Below, in pieces: positions 8,729 to 20,437 of a stretch of DNA of 64,000 nt; position 1 is the stretch's first letter; the number at the start of each line of letters is the position of its first letter. The stretch is from Caldilineaceae bacterium (GTDB taxonomy: Bacteria > Chloroflexota > Anaerolineae > Caldilineales > Caldilineaceae), in NCBI GenBank assembly GCA_019637695.1, contig JAHBVG010000006.1, forward strand, positions 29,227 through 93,226, written 5' to 3'. The translations under genes were made by a program, and so were the position numbers. A model generated the notes under the pieces. That model saw only the letters and a program-made list of their open reading frames with translations, searched no databases and was not told the origin of the DNA.

Positions 8729-10021
8729 ATGGGCCATACTGACGGTAATCCTATTCAGCAATCAGAACATATTGATGCTTCACGATTGCGTATTCTGATG
8801 ATCGCCCCCACCAGTTTCTTTTCCGATTATGGATGCCATGTGCGTATTTTTGAAGAAGCACGCGCGCTCCAACGGCTTGGACATCGGGTGACGATTGTTA
8901 CATATCGAAATGGACGAGATCTACCGGATCTGGATATACGCCGCACCTTGCCCATCCCATGGCGGCAGCATTATGAGGTCGGCTCAAGCCGGCATAAAGT
9001 TGCCTTCGATGCGCTGCTCGGTTTGAAAACAGTTCAGATACTCCTACATGAGCGATTTGATGTTATCCACGGACATCTGCATGAAGGAGCGTTAATTGGC
9101 CTGATCTTAGGGGGGATGTTTGGGTTGCCAGTGGTCTTCGACTTCCAGGGAAGCCTTACGGAGGAGATGATCGACCATCGGTTTTTGCGGCGCGGCGGGC
9201 GCGTCCATAATTGGTTGCGCAGGCTAGAGCAATGGATCGATCATACGGTACAAATAACGCTAACGAGTTCGGCTAACGCAGAAAGAATCCTGGTTGAAGA
9301 CTTTGGATCTGATGCAGCACGTATTCACATCCTCCCAGATTGTGTAGACGTTACCACATTCACACCGCTGACCGAACAGGGAATTACCAACCGCAATGCT
9401 GATCGTGCAAAGCTTGGTATCCCACAGGATGCCACAGTAATCTCGTATCTAGGATTGTTAGCAGAATATCAGGGAACCGATCTGCTTTTGCAAGCAATGC
9501 AGTATATCCGCGCACAACAACCGTCCACCTATTTGTTGTTGATGGGATTCCCAGGAGTAGATTTTTATCAGAGTGTAGCGCAACAACTTGGCGTTGCGGA
9601 TCGTGTCATTTTTACAGGGAGAATTCCTTACGAAGAAGCTCCTGCCTATCTGAAACTTGGTGATGTGGCCGTAGCCCCCAAGTTGAGTCTGACTGAAGGC
9701 GCTGGGAAGTTGCTGAATTATATGGCGCTAGGGTTGCCCACTGTTACATTTGATACCCCGGTTGCTCGTGAATACCTTGGATCCTGGGGAATCTATGCCG
9801 AACGTGGTAATCCCAAGAGCCTAGCGACAAAGTTAATCGATTTGATCAATGATCAAGAGACCCAAAAACAGATCGGTCATCAACTGCGTCAGCGCACGAT
9901 CAGGCAATATGACTGGAATCAAGCAGCCATTAAAATTGTTGATACATATCTAGAAGCACTCGGAAAATCTCTCCCACACGCAACACCCCGCCGTCAGATC
10001 TCGTCCGTGGATCCTTCCTAG
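8729..10021 (+). CDS. glycosyltransferase family 4 (GT-B)
   Basis: 'LRILMIAPTSFFSDYGCHVRI' N-terminal strand and a C-terminal EX7E-like region '...KLSLTEGAGKLLNYMALGLPTV'. Confidence 0.85.
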   Translation: MGHTDGNPIQQSEHIDASRLRILMIAPTSFFSDYGCHVRIFEEARALQRLGHRVTIVTYRNGRDLPDLDIRRTLPIPWRQHYEVGSSRHKVAFDALLGLKTVQILLHERFDVIHGHLHEGALIGLILGGMFGLPVVFDFQGSLTEEMIDHRFLRRGGRVHNWLRRLEQWIDHTVQITLTSSANAERILVEDFGSDAARIHILPDCVDVTTFTPLTEQGITNRNADRAKLGIPQDATVISYLGLLAEYQGTDLLLQAMQYIRAQQPSTYLLLMGFPGVDFYQSVAQQLGVADRVIFTGRIPYEEAPAYLKLGDVAVAPKLSLTEGAGKLLNYMALGLPTVTFDTPVAREYLGSWGIYAERGNPKSLATKLIDLINDQETQKQIGHQLRQRTIRQYDWNQAAIKIVDTYLEALGKSLPHATPRRQISSVDPS

Positions 10022-10031
10022 AGGGAGAGCT

Positions 10032-10904
10032 ATGCATAGTCAATTTCTGCACTTGCCAGTCGAATCCACAAGTTTCAAGGAATCGATCCCCTATATGGGG
10101 AAACGGGCAAAACTTCTCTTGCATTATCGATTCTTGATCTACAATCTGGTAATGCGAGATCTCAAGGCGCGCTATCGAAATAGCGTCTTGGGGTTCCTGT
10201 GGAGTTTGCTGAACCCGCTTGGGATGATGGTGGTTTTCACAGTTGTAGCAACGGTACTTTTCCGAGATCAGACAATTGAGAATTATCCAATTTTCCTGTT
10301 AGCGGGGATCTTGCCGTGGAACTTTTTCACGGCAAGCGTCATGACGGGTACAAATAGTGTGGTCTCAAATGGTCACCTAATTAAAAAAATCTATTTTCCG
10401 ACTGAAGTTCTGCCCATATCGGCAATTTTGGCAAATCTCGTCAATTTTTTGTTGGCGCTAACCGTCCTCTTTGCTGCGATTATAGTGTTGCGTGTTCCTT
10501 TCAGCCCCTGGCTTTGGCTGCTTCCCGTTGTGATCCTCATTCACACGCTCTTTGCACTGGGTGTTGTTTTCTTCTTGAGTACATTGCAGGTTTATTATCA
10601 TGACACCCTTATTGTGATGGACGTTGTCCTGTTGGCCTGGTTTTTCCTGACGCCGGTTTTTTATTCAGCCAGTATGTTACCAGTCTCTTACACTGTTTGG
10701 GGCATCACGCTTGATGTACGGCGTCTTTTCTATATTCTTAACCCAATGGCTTCACTGATTAATATGTATCGGGATCTGCTCTACGGTGGAACTCGAACGG
10801 ATCTTGACTTTTTTCTGAGAACTGCGGTCACCGCGGTGATTGTATTCCTTGCGGGGTACTGGTTCTTCATTCGATACAGCGGCAATTTTAGCGAAGAGGT
10901 ATGA
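10032..10904 (+). CDS. wzm: ABC-2 type polysaccharide export permease (Wzm/TagG-like)
   Basis: 'LIYNLVMRDLKARYRNSVLGFLWSLLNPL' is the hallmark ABC-2 N-terminal motif. Six hydrophobic segments. The start could instead be the ATG at 10095. Confidence 0.85.
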   Translation: MHSQFLHLPVESTSFKESIPYMGKRAKLLLHYRFLIYNLVMRDLKARYRNSVLGFLWSLLNPLGMMVVFTVVATVLFRDQTIENYPIFLLAGILPWNFFTASVMTGTNSVVSNGHLIKKIYFPTEVLPISAILANLVNFLLALTVLFAAIIVLRVPFSPWLWLLPVVILIHTLFALGVVFFLSTLQVYYHDTLIVMDVVLLAWFFLTPVFYSASMLPVSYTVWGITLDVRRLFYILNPMASLINMYRDLLYGGTRTDLDFFLRTAVTAVIVFLAGYWFFIRYSGNFSEEV

Positions 10905-10971
10905 TGCCACGCTCTATTGCCGCATTGATTGCCAATCCTGGCAATGTACTGATTTCAGAGAGGATAGCTCC

Positions 10972-12105
10972 ATGCTCAAACAAATCGCAGTGATTATCTT
11001 CGCGGTATTTGCAGGGTTGATTTTTCACGGCCAGTCTATCGCAACTCAAGGCCCGATGGCGGAATTGCAAATTGAGACTGAGTCAAAAGTAACCGAATCA
11101 AGCTCACCTTTCTTTGTGCAATACGGAATTGCAGGCAAACCCAGCAGCCTGGCTGTGGAGAAACCACACCGGGTCTGGGTGACGTTGCCCGATATCGATG
11201 CAATTGGCGTCATCTCTGTTACGCAGATAGAGCAGACGACAACATCATATGAAGTCACCACCTACTTCCTGGAGGGGGGTAGCAAGCCCTACGATTTAGC
11301 CATCCAGGGAGATACAATCTGGTTTACCGCTTATGGCACAAACAAGATTGGTCGCCTAAATTCCACGACAAATACGCTGCAAACATATACTCTCACAGAT
11401 AGTGACAGCGGCCCCACGGGGATTCACGTCGCTACCAATGGCATTGTGTGGTTTGCCCAGCAAAAAGCCAATAAGTTAGGGAGGTTGGATCCGTCGTCGG
11501 GGGCGCAGCAATCCTATGCCTATCCAATCGCGGACGGTGGTCTCGATAGGGTCGCTACTTTCGGCGCAGATTCCGTTTGGTTCACGGCGCCCAAAGTAGA
11601 CAGGGTAGTCTATTTTGATGAATCTAAACCACCCCAGGAGCAATTCATTAACATTCCCACTTTCAGCAATCACCTTTTCCCCTATACCCGGCCTACGGGC
11701 ATTGCGTTGGAATCCGCCCAGATAGCTTGGGTCAGCGTGGCTGGTGGGAATAGTATCGGACGTTACGATCCTGGCACTTTGGCTTTGTGGAGATGGGATC
11801 AACTCCCTTCACAGGGCGAAGAAGAAACCGGGTCCATACACATCGCCCTGACTGGGGGTAATGGAGCCAGAAATTTGTTTTATGCAAATGAAATGACAAA
11901 GCGTATTGGCCGCGTCCATATCGGCACGAATACCGCCGTTGGCCGAATTCAGGAAATATCTGCCCCCGGATCCAATTGTACACCTCTGGGTATCAAGGCA
12001 GATAGTGATGGTAACGCCTGGTTCACATGTGGAGCAGCCAATACAGTCGTGTATTGGAAATCTCCATTTTTGCTGGACATTTACGCCCCGCTCATTTCAA
12101 AGTAA
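10972..12105 (+). CDS. secreted beta-propeller protein with Vgb (virginiamycin B lyase, COG4257)-like repeats
   Basis: The ATG at 10972 follows a gagagga RBS and begins a signal peptide (MLKQIAVIIFAVFAGLIF). Repeated blades of the form 'P.GI....G.VWF.....NK(I/L)GRL(N/D)' occur. Confidence 0.6.
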   Translation: MLKQIAVIIFAVFAGLIFHGQSIATQGPMAELQIETESKVTESSSPFFVQYGIAGKPSSLAVEKPHRVWVTLPDIDAIGVISVTQIEQTTTSYEVTTYFLEGGSKPYDLAIQGDTIWFTAYGTNKIGRLNSTTNTLQTYTLTDSDSGPTGIHVATNGIVWFAQQKANKLGRLDPSSGAQQSYAYPIADGGLDRVATFGADSVWFTAPKVDRVVYFDESKPPQEQFINIPTFSNHLFPYTRPTGIALESAQIAWVSVAGGNSIGRYDPGTLALWRWDQLPSQGEEETGSIHIALTGGNGARNLFYANEMTKRIGRVHIGTNTAVGRIQEISAPGSNCTPLGIKADSDGNAWFTCGAANTVVYWKSPFLLDIYAPLISK

Positions 12106-12261
12106 GGGAAAGTCGACTATCTATTTGAAGACGCATTTGCAGAGGAAGCCCCAATCAATCCCTCAACATCCTGTTTCATAGCTAGTCGAGTGGATATGTT
12201 GTCTGGATGTCGAAGATGAAACCTTCTGTACCTGATCCTATGGATCAAGGAGTGAACCCCT

Positions 12262-13760
12262 GTGGGAAAAAACTATACACATATCATAAACCGGACCAAG
12301 TATCTTGTCCTTTCCCTGATGCTGATAGTAGCAATCGTAGGGTCAGTTACGATCCACCCATCGATTGCCCTGATGCAGGAACCAACCTCGGCGGATCCCG
12401 TTGTTAGCCCAGCCGAACAGACAGCAACACACAAACTCTGGTTGCCTACGATTCATACAAATTCTTGCAGTGGCTTTCGCAACACTACAAAAAACCATTT
12501 CGGAATTCAGGTATATGGCTATATGGGTCCTCAAAGCCCCTATTATTGTGAACTCGTTGCCAGTGGCGCAACCTGGGTGCGGAATGAAGCTAGTTGGCGC
12601 AGCACAGAACCAACAAATGTTTCTCCACCTGAATACCGATGGCAAACGATTGACCGAGTGGTTGAGACGGCTACTCAAGGCGGATTCAACCTAATCCTTA
12701 CCATTAACTACAATCCATCTTGGGCAGCTACCTATTATCAAGGGCCAATTGACAAGGTGCCAGTGAAAAGATTTGCTGACTTTGTAGCTGCACTAGTGGA
12801 AAGATATGATGGAGACGGCATTAACGATGCCCCAGGTTCACCTGTGGTCGAGCATTTTGAGTTGTACAATGAACCCGATGCCTGGATTGCTCGCCCCAAT
12901 GATATTCGCTGGGGCAACAGCGGCAAGCAATAATATGCCGGAAATGCTAGCGGCGGTATATCCAAGCCGCCAAAGCTGCGAACCCCAATGCAAAGATACT
13001 GCTTGGCGGCATTGCCTACGATTGGTTCATTGAACATAATGGACCTTTTGTGCGCACCTTCCTTGATGCGGTATTGCAGAATGGAGGCGGCGCTCACTTC
13101 GACATCATGAGCTTCCACCAGTATCCCCCGTTTGCCGCAAACTGGGGAGCGCCAAATGGTCCCGGTTTGGTTGAGAAGACAAATGCCATCCGGCAAAAGC
13201 TTGCAGAGTATAATCTTCAGAAACCGATTATGATCACAGAAGCTGGGATGCACAGCAACTCCCCAGAGAGCCCGGAAAATCAGGCCCGCTATGTTACCAT
13301 GCTCTATACCCAGGCATTGGTGACCAATGTGGAGACACTGATCTGGTTTATGCTCTATGATCCGGGCGAGAGCTACCCATTTCGAAATGGTCTCGTAACA
13401 AACGTCAGCAGTGCCAATCCGCGGCCACAACGCAAACCAGCATTCGTTGCATACCAAACCGCCGCATCAAAGTTAGCCGGGGCTCGGTTTGAGCGTACTT
13501 TTAGCTCAGAAGAAACCAAAGATAAGGAGATGGTTGTTTACAAGTTCATTGATAAAAACAACAAACAACTGTTTGTAGCCTGGCTTGGTCCAATTTCGCG
13601 GAATGATAGCAAGTCACTCAACTTGCCCGGTACATCGGCCATTGTAAGCGACATCTATGGGACGACGCGGACTGTTAACGATGGTGATGATGGTAAAGTA
13701 GACGGAAACATTACACTGTCTGTTGGCGCGCAGCCGGTGTATGTGCATATTCATCCCTAG
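12262..13760 (+). pseudogene. glycoside-hydrolase-like gene (GH-A clan, 'YNEPD' type) disrupted by two closely spaced frameshifts
   Basis: ORF 12262..12933 ends at TAA 12931. The homologous reading continues 'EMLAAVY' in a second frame and '[23 protein letters not shown]...' in the third. The third frame opens after TAG 12948-12950 and is the frame of ORF 13050..13760. Catalytic-type motifs 'FELYNEPD' and 'IMITEAG' lie on opposite sides of the break. Confidence 0.6.
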
Positions 13761-13767
13761 AATGATA

Positions 13768-13839
13768 GGCTGTAGAAACCTGGTTTTTGATACTGCGTTT
13801 GAACTTCAGCTAGCAGTCAGACACCGGGTTTCTACAGCC
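13768..13839. repeat. 13-bp perfect inverted repeat (GGCTGTAGAAACC / GGTTTCTACAGCC) with a 46-nt loop
   Basis: Arms at 13768-13780 and 13827-13839. Sits between the GH pseudogene stop and the next start codon. Confidence 0.65.
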
Positions 13840-13864
13840 AAGAGCTAGTTCTGAGACTTGTAAA

Positions 13865-15484
13865 ATGCTGCCGCGAAGCCACTCAAAAGCGATCTTGCCG
13901 ACCCCAACCAAGATCTACTCATTCCCTTCTCGTTTGGTTGCAGCTCTCCTTATCGTTTTTATCTTTCTATCTACAGCGATAGGATTAATACTGCTTGTCG
14001 AACGGCAATCGCTCATCGGTGATTCTATTGGATATCTATATGCCGCCCAGAGTATTGCCTCAGGCATTGGCCCTGTTTACAACGATCCTAATAACTCATT
14101 AGCAGGCCCTTATTTTTCTCTATATGCTTTTCAGATCCGTCATCCGGATTCAGATCTGGCTTACCTCGGCTTCCCGCCTGGTTTGCCGCTGCTCTTATCC
14201 ATTCCACTGCTGTTCAACGTAGAATCCTCTCTTGTACTCTGGGTCGTTCCCTTCACCGTTCTACTTTGTATCATCTTCTGCGGTATACTTGCATGGGCGT
14301 TGACAAAAAGCATATGGTCTGTGTTCTGGGCTACTTTACTACTATCGGTCACGCCTGACTTATGGTACTTTGGCACGGCGATATGGTCTGAATTTCCCAG
14401 CACAGCGGTAATGAGCGCAGCGTTGGCATTCTATCTGCTTACTCAAATTTATCCTGTCCGTCGGCGAACAGAAACTGCACTGATGGGGTTGATAGGAATA
14501 TTGCTTGTCTTCAATGTATTTATTCGCTATACCAACCTGGTTGTTTTGCTTGTTTTTCTGGCAGTTGATACCCTCCGCCTTTTGAAAGATCGAAGTAAAT
14601 TGTCATCACACTGGCCGCTTTGGGGTCTTTCTGCTCTCGTAATCGTTGCAGTTCCACTGTTCAACTATTTTTATTATGGAGGCTGGAACATAACCAGCTA
14701 TAGCCCTGCACATGGTTGGTATCCCTGGCCGGCCTTTTCACTAGATTATGCTTTGGGACCCTCTTTTGTAGACGGCTATAGTTTGCTGGCTGGGATAACA
14801 ACTCTATGGCAGAATTTTGGCATCTTCCTGCCGCTTGCAGTTATGGGGTGGATTCTTTTAGGGCGCACAGGGGGATTTTTCGCAGGGATCTCACTGGCTA
14901 TCTTTGGAATACATGCAATCTATGCGTTTGCCCCCACCGGAATTAACGCGCGGTTCTTGATTCCTCTATTCCCATTGTTAGCCATTGGCGCAGCAATGGC
15001 AATTGTTACGATGCTTCGCCGGATTCCGCAACTCCCTAAAGTGGCGATCGCGTTTCTCCTTGTGGCGCTGGCTATATGGCAGATACCAGACACGTTAGAA
15101 TCTCCTGCAAATAGAAATCAGACAAATACACAACACATTGCGCTAATTCAGTCGATAACAGCTAGAACAGAATCCAATGCGGTATTCATGTCATACGCAT
15201 GGAACGATCTAATTGCCATTTACGGAGATCGCTCAGTATTCAACTACCGACGCGTTCCCGTTTCAGATCCTGTTCAAGGGCGATATCATATCGTTGAGGC
15301 AATACCGGTGATTATGGATGTCATAACAGCCTTATTGAAACAGCATATACCTGTATACTTTGTGGCAGGCCATAACAACTTTATCAACGATCTCCCCGAA
15401 ACCCTAACGTCGCACTTTTCGGTTGAATTAATTAACATCAACGACGTAACGCTTTATAAACTGGCTTTACCCGCAAATCCATGA
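13865..15484 (+). CDS. polytopic membrane protein, GT-C fold glycosyltransferase-like (ArnT/PMT_2-like)
   Basis: 539 aa with more than 10 hydrophobic segments. An early extracytoplasmic loop with acidic residues ('LIGDSIGYLYAAQS') resembles GT39/GT83-type enzymes. A soluble C-terminal domain of about 120 aa follows. Confidence 0.55.
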   Translation: MLPRSHSKAILPTPTKIYSFPSRLVAALLIVFIFLSTAIGLILLVERQSLIGDSIGYLYAAQSIASGIGPVYNDPNNSLAGPYFSLYAFQIRHPDSDLAYLGFPPGLPLLLSIPLLFNVESSLVLWVVPFTVLLCIIFCGILAWALTKSIWSVFWATLLLSVTPDLWYFGTAIWSEFPSTAVMSAALAFYLLTQIYPVRRRTETALMGLIGILLVFNVFIRYTNLVVLLVFLAVDTLRLLKDRSKLSSHWPLWGLSALVIVAVPLFNYFYYGGWNITSYSPAHGWYPWPAFSLDYALGPSFVDGYSLLAGITTLWQNFGIFLPLAVMGWILLGRTGGFFAGISLAIFGIHAIYAFAPTGINARFLIPLFPLLAIGAAMAIVTMLRRIPQLPKVAIAFLLVALAIWQIPDTLESPANRNQTNTQHIALIQSITARTESNAVFMSYAWNDLIAIYGDRSVFNYRRVPVSDPVQGRYHIVEAIPVIMDVITALLKQHIPVYFVAGHNNFINDLPETLTSHFSVELININDVTLYKLALPANP

Positions 15485-15631
15485 TGATATCTGAACAATG
15501 AATGCAAAGATAATCAATGGAGTATCTGAAGGAAGCCCGTAAAACAGGAAGTTGACATCTATGCATAAATGTATGCGTCAGTGTTTACCTATGTACCGGG
15601 CAATTATCTGAATAAAGGCAATATCTGTAGT

Positions 15632-16966
15632 ATGAGTACAACCACTCAACTTCACTCTGGCGACTGTTATAATCCATTGATCGATGTGATCGATGTATCA
15701 AAACGATTCCGGCTTCAGCGTGAGCGGCGGCGTTCGATCCAGGATACGTTCATTCACTTATGGAAACGACAGTGGGCGCACGGTGAATATTTCTGGCCGC
15801 TGCGGAATATATCACTACGTATTTGTCCTGGCGATAGTGTAGGCATTTTAGGACAAAATGGATCTGGAAAGAGTACCCTGCTCAAGGTAATTACAGGTGT
15901 ATTGCCCCCCACCACAGGACAGGTCCGCATCAATGGGCGAATTGCATCTCTGCTCGAACTTGGTGCAGGCTTTCATCCTGACCTGACCGGGCGCGAAAAC
16001 GTATTCCTGAATGGTTCAATCTATGGCATGAGTAAGGAGACCATTCAGAATAGATTGGATCAGATCATTGACTTCGCCGAAATCGGTGACTTTATCGACA
16101 CACCGGTAAAAAATTATTCCTCAGGCATGTATGTGCGGCTTGGATTTTCGGTCGCGGTCCATACATCACCGGAAATCTTGATCATTGATGAGGTACTCAC
16201 GGTTGGCGATCAGATCTTCCAACAGAAGTGTATGCAGCGTATCTTGGAAATGAAAGCGGCTGGCATTGCTATCCTTCTGGTTTCACATAACGCAGAGGAT
16301 ATTCGCCGACTCTGTGATAGAGCCATATGGCTGCACAACAGTGAAGTCCGTGCGGATGGCCCCGCCTTTGACACCGTCGATGAGTATCTTACTTATACTA
16401 ACGATCTCTATTACGCAAGACGTCGTGCTGAACAGACGCCTGCATCTGAACAGACGACAACTGCAGAGGATACACAACCCATACCCCAACTGGAAACTCG
16501 ACGTTGGGGAACATTTCAAGCTGAAATTGTGCGCGTCGAACTACGCAATGAAGACGGTGTGGAAGTAGACCAATTTCGCCCAGGTTCCATGTTGCGGATT
16601 TACATCTACTATAAGACCCACATGCGCATCGATCGTCCAACCTTTGGACTGGCTATCTACCGACAAGATGGATCTCACATCAATGGACCAAATTCAGTCG
16701 ATGAAGGATATCATCTGGATGCCATTGATGGGACAGGGGTTATGGAATATCGAATTGATGAATTGCCACTCAATCCTGGTCACTATGAACTGACGGTCGC
16801 TATCTATAACCAAAACTCTACAGTGGCATACGATCATCATCACCGCATGTATCCTTTTGAAGTAAGGTCGCTGCGCGGCAAAGGTGAGGAAGGTGTCGTG
16901 CATATTCCAGCCACGTGGCGCCACGTAACGGCTGAGGCAATCAACCTTCACACTAAGACCACATGA
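15632..16966 (+). CDS. wzt: polysaccharide ABC exporter ATP-binding protein (Wzt/TagH-like) with a C-terminal Wzt_C-like beta-sandwich extension
   Basis: Walker A '[10 protein letters not shown]', signature '[11 protein letters not shown]', Walker B 'ILIIDEVL'. A further 150 aa or so ('[18 protein letters not shown]...[11 protein letters not shown]') resembles the glycan-cap-binding domain of Wzt. The ATG at 15632 is preferred; the ORF opens at 15569. Confidence 0.85.
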   Translation: MSTTTQLHSGDCYNPLIDVIDVSKRFRLQRERRRSIQDTFIHLWKRQWAHGEYFWPLRNISLRICPGDSVGILGQNGSGKSTLLKVITGVLPPTTGQVRINGRIASLLELGAGFHPDLTGRENVFLNGSIYGMSKETIQNRLDQIIDFAEIGDFIDTPVKNYSSGMYVRLGFSVAVHTSPEILIIDEVLTVGDQIFQQKCMQRILEMKAAGIAILLVSHNAEDIRRLCDRAIWLHNSEVRADGPAFDTVDEYLTYTNDLYYARRRAEQTPASEQTTTAEDTQPIPQLETRRWGTFQAEIVRVELRNEDGVEVDQFRPGSMLRIYIYYKTHMRIDRPTFGLAIYRQDGSHINGPNSVDEGYHLDAIDGTGVMEYRIDELPLNPGHYELTVAIYNQNSTVAYDHHHRMYPFEVRSLRGKGEEGVVHIPATWRHVTAEAINLHTKTT

Positions 16967-19620
16967 ATCTAGTTCAATCGTCGCCAGGAGAGATTGTTTT
17001 TTTCTCCGCTGTTATGCTTCTGTTTTGCGGAGCAATGCTGTTGTTCGTTGCTCCTCGATGGTTGCACAGCGGTCGACCGGACTGGGCGCTTGCGCTGTTT
17101 GTCTCAGTAGTAGGTACGCTGCTGATGCTTGGATGGGTCGCCGTTGTTTTGGCTTTGGTTGGACAATATTCATTAGGACTATTGACGGTCGTGTTGGTTG
17201 GCATCGGCGCAGTACTTGTGGTCACGGCAGGTAGGTTTGGGAGCGGTTTGCAGGCATTCGAACGAGGAAGTTGGCACGAACTTGGCCTTGTTGTGCTGCT
17301 AGTCACCGGCGCGCTGCTCTACTTTCAGCCGCATGAATACGTATTAGGCGGCAGCGATGCGGGCAGCTATATCAATACGGCTGCTACCACCGCGCGTACA
17401 GGATCGTATCTACAGACCAGCGAATGGAATCGTTTTTTGGCCGAGAACGCTGATGTTGCCTTGCGTTCGCAGCCACCTCCTTTCCGTACTCGTCATCTGC
17501 AATTTGTGGGCTGGTATTTTGACGATAGTGACCCGTCACTGGTGCGCCCACAGTTTTTCCCATTTCATCCAGTTCTATTGAGCGTGGCAATGAGCCTGGG
17601 CGGGGTGGCGGCTGGCTTCCTGGTGACGCCGCTAGCTGCTGTGCTTAGTATTGCGGCGCTCTATTTTCTGGCGCGTCAGCTGTTTGGGAAGACTGTAGCG
17701 CTGCTGTCAGCGCTGTTCCTGACTATAACCAGTACGCAAATTTTTTTCGGGCGTTACCCAACTACCGAACCATTGACGTTGCTCTTGCTGTTTTCGGGAT
17801 TTCTTTCCTTCCAGATTTTGTGGGATGAAACCGATGCTGCGCCAGCCTGGGGAGTCTTTGGCGGCGCTGCACTTGGTGCAGCATTGTTGACGCGAATCGA
17901 TCTCCCGCTGGTGGTGACAGTGATCATTGCGACACTGCTGCTGCGACTTTGGCTTCGGCGTTGGAGTCGCGCCTGGAGCGCTTTCGCAGCGACTTTTCTC
18001 TTGTTCGTGCTACAGTTGGTGATCGTTGGCTGGCTGTTTGTTTGGCCCTATGTATGGAACACCTATTCCTCAGTGTTCATGTTATTATCGCGGTCGATCT
18101 GGCTTGCCAGTGCAGCAGCCATTACTGTACTGGCTGTATCGGTTGCAGCCATTTTGCTTGGATCTGAGCGTCTCAGGGCGCAAATGCAGAGGCAGGAGAT
18201 ATCCAAAGCAGTACGTTGGTCACTGGCGATTTTGCTGATTGCACTCAGCCTGTATGCCTATTTCTTGCGCCCAGTGCTAGAACCGCTGCGTATGGCGACA
18301 TCGTGGCCGGGCGACACGCAGTTTCCAATTCTCAATGGGCAGAACTGGGTCCGTCTCGGGTGGTACCTGACGCCGCTTGGCATTGGTCTCGCAACTGCAG
18401 GGATTGCTATGATGGTGGTGCGCGAGCGGCTGACACGACTGGTAGTCGTCATCGGCATTGGTGTGTTCACGATATTCCAATATGTCTACAATATCATGAA
18501 TACGCCTTATCATATCTATGCCATGCGTCGCTATGTCCCGATTGTCATTCCCATGCTTTGGATCTTTGCAGCATACGCTATTACGTCACTGCCGCGGTTC
18601 TCTAGGCCATGGATGACATACACATTGCGCGGGGTGTTCGTGCTGGCGCTGGTTGGCGGCCTCGTTTATCAGGATCGGTATGTCACACCCGCGCGCGACT
18701 TTGCCGGTTCGCTTCGCCAGGTGAACGAGTTGCAGCAGCGGTTGCGTCCGGACGCAATCGTACTGATTGCAGAACCATCGGAGGCGCTCTTCGCCGATGC
18801 GTTTGGCGCACCCTTGCAGGCATTCTTCGATCATCCGATCGCTACAGTCCGTATTGGAAGAGAACTTGATGAAAACAGCGACTCTGCCGAGGCACGGCAA
18901 TCGGCAGCGCAGACAGTCGAGTTCTTAGATAAGTTAAAGAGCTTCGCGGTGGGTCAGGAACGGCCGATTCAGTTGCTGGCTGTGGAACCGATTCCGTCAA
19001 TTGTCCGCAATCATCTTGCTTTGCAGCCGGTGAACGATTACAGATTCACCACCCAAATGCTGATGAACACATACGATGATTTCCCGTCAGTCACGCAGAT
19101 CGTTCACTATGGAATTGAGATCTATGACGTCATGACGAACGAGGACGAGCAGACTGGTTCCGATGCAGTCGAGGTAGACATCGGTTCGATCGATGCTGCT
19201 TATCTTGACAGTGGTTTCTACGCAAAAGAATATATCCCAGGCGCTCCGACGATGCGCTGGACTGAGGAGAGCGCTAAGTTGACTGTGCCGATGCCGCAGT
19301 CAGGTATGGCTGATGGAAGCCAGCACTGGGATCTGCAAGTGCGGGCGATGATCTATCGGCCCGAGGGCATTGAGCCGGCGCAAGTGGTTGTCAACGTCAA
19401 CAACCAGGAGGTTGGCAGTTTTATTCCCACTGAAGCTTGGACAACATTTGTTTTTCCAGTGTCGGAGGCTATAATCTCAACAACACATTCTGTGCAGATT
19501 CAATTCGCCACCGATGCATTTGTGCCAGCTACGGTTGGCGTCAACAATGACCAGCGCAGTCTTGGCTTCCTGATAGACTGGATCCGGCTTGCACCAGCGT
19601 CACTGCAGCCAGAGCGCTGA
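16963..19620 (+). CDS. large polytopic membrane protein, GT-C-like, with a C-terminal extracytoplasmic domain of about 300 aa
   Basis: 885 aa. The ATG overlaps the wzt stop (ATGA at 16963-16966). About 14 hydrophobic segments are followed by a soluble domain. Similarity to ArnT/PMT-type proteins judged by eye. Confidence 0.55.
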   Translation: MNLVQSSPGEIVFFSAVMLLFCGAMLLFVAPRWLHSGRPDWALALFVSVVGTLLMLGWVAVVLALVGQYSLGLLTVVLVGIGAVLVVTAGRFGSGLQAFERGSWHELGLVVLLVTGALLYFQPHEYVLGGSDAGSYINTAATTARTGSYLQTSEWNRFLAENADVALRSQPPPFRTRHLQFVGWYFDDSDPSLVRPQFFPFHPVLLSVAMSLGGVAAGFLVTPLAAVLSIAALYFLARQLFGKTVALLSALFLTITSTQIFFGRYPTTEPLTLLLLFSGFLSFQILWDETDAAPAWGVFGGAALGAALLTRIDLPLVVTVIIATLLLRLWLRRWSRAWSAFAATFLLFVLQLVIVGWLFVWPYVWNTYSSVFMLLSRSIWLASAAAITVLAVSVAAILLGSERLRAQMQRQEISKAVRWSLAILLIALSLYAYFLRPVLEPLRMATSWPGDTQFPILNGQNWVRLGWYLTPLGIGLATAGIAMMVVRERLTRLVVVIGIGVFTIFQYVYNIMNTPYHIYAMRRYVPIVIPMLWIFAAYAITSLPRFSRPWMTYTLRGVFVLALVGGLVYQDRYVTPARDFAGSLRQVNELQQRLRPDAIVLIAEPSEALFADAFGAPLQAFFDHPIATVRIGRELDENSDSAEARQSAAQTVEFLDKLKSFAVGQERPIQLLAVEPIPSIVRNHLALQPVNDYRFTTQMLMNTYDDFPSVTQIVHYGIEIYDVMTNEDEQTGSDAVEVDIGSIDAAYLDSGFYAKEYIPGAPTMRWTEESAKLTVPMPQSGMADGSQHWDLQVRAMIYRPEGIEPAQVVVNVNNQEVGSFIPTEAWTTFVFPVSEAIISTTHSVQIQFATDAFVPATVGVNNDQRSLGFLIDWIRLAPASLQPER

Positions 19621-19646
19621 ATAAAGCGCTATAGAGGGTATCGTAC

Positions 19647-20357
19647 ATGTTCCAGAGTATTCGCAGAATCTTCAGGGGCGTCAAAGCACCGTCTGCCTCC
19701 CAAAACCAAATGATTCGGAGCCAGCAGGCCAACCTTGTTCCCTTTGACGTGACGGCGTTTGCCGGTGAGTTTGAGCTGGGCTGGCTGGAGCCGGTCAAGA
19801 GCGCTCCAGTCTGGATGTCGCGCTCTGAACGTTTGATGATGTTCAGCCTAGCTTTTTGTTTACGCCCTCAGCGTTATCTGGAGATCGGCACATTTCAAGG
19901 TGGTTCCGCTCTTGTGGTCGGCAGTGCGTTGGATGCGCTGAAGAGCAATGGGCAAATGTACCTGGTTGACCCGACACCCAAAATCGCACAAGAAGATTGG
20001 TTGAAGATCGCCCATCGCGCTGAGTTGTTCAAAGGGTATTCGCCGGACATCTTGCGCAAGGTGGCTGCCAAAGCTGTGCAGCCGTTCGACCTGGTGCTGA
20101 TCGACGGCGATCACACTTACGCAGGGGCGAAACGTGATGCTGAAGGTGTGCTTGCATACGTAGGGCCGGGTAGCTACATTGTATTTCATGATAGCTTCTT
20201 CCCAGAGGTTCGTCGGGCGATCGACGAGTTCGTCGACGCGCATTCCGGGCGCATTGTTGACTTTGGGTTGATGACGCGCGAGGTAACCGTCGACAAAAGC
20301 GAAGATGGGGGCAGAGTTGAGTGGGGCGGTCTGCGGATATTGTATATTCCGGCCTGA
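19647..20357 (+). CDS. class I SAM-dependent methyltransferase (Methyltransf_24 / O-methyltransferase family 3-like)
   Basis: 'YLEIGTFQGGSALVVGSAL' (motif I), 'FDLVLIDGDHTYAGAKRDAE', 'GSYIVFHD'. Confidence 0.8.
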   Translation: MFQSIRRIFRGVKAPSASQNQMIRSQQANLVPFDVTAFAGEFELGWLEPVKSAPVWMSRSERLMMFSLAFCLRPQRYLEIGTFQGGSALVVGSALDALKSNGQMYLVDPTPKIAQEDWLKIAHRAELFKGYSPDILRKVAAKAVQPFDLVLIDGDHTYAGAKRDAEGVLAYVGPGSYIVFHDSFFPEVRRAIDEFVDAHSGRIVDFGLMTREVTVDKSEDGGRVEWGGLRILYIPA

Positions 20358-20437
20358 AATCCACTTTGTCGCTTGAGCAGATCATCGCGCCGATGCTGCA
20401 CTTTCCGTCCGCACACCAGATCAAGCCTGTCGAATCG

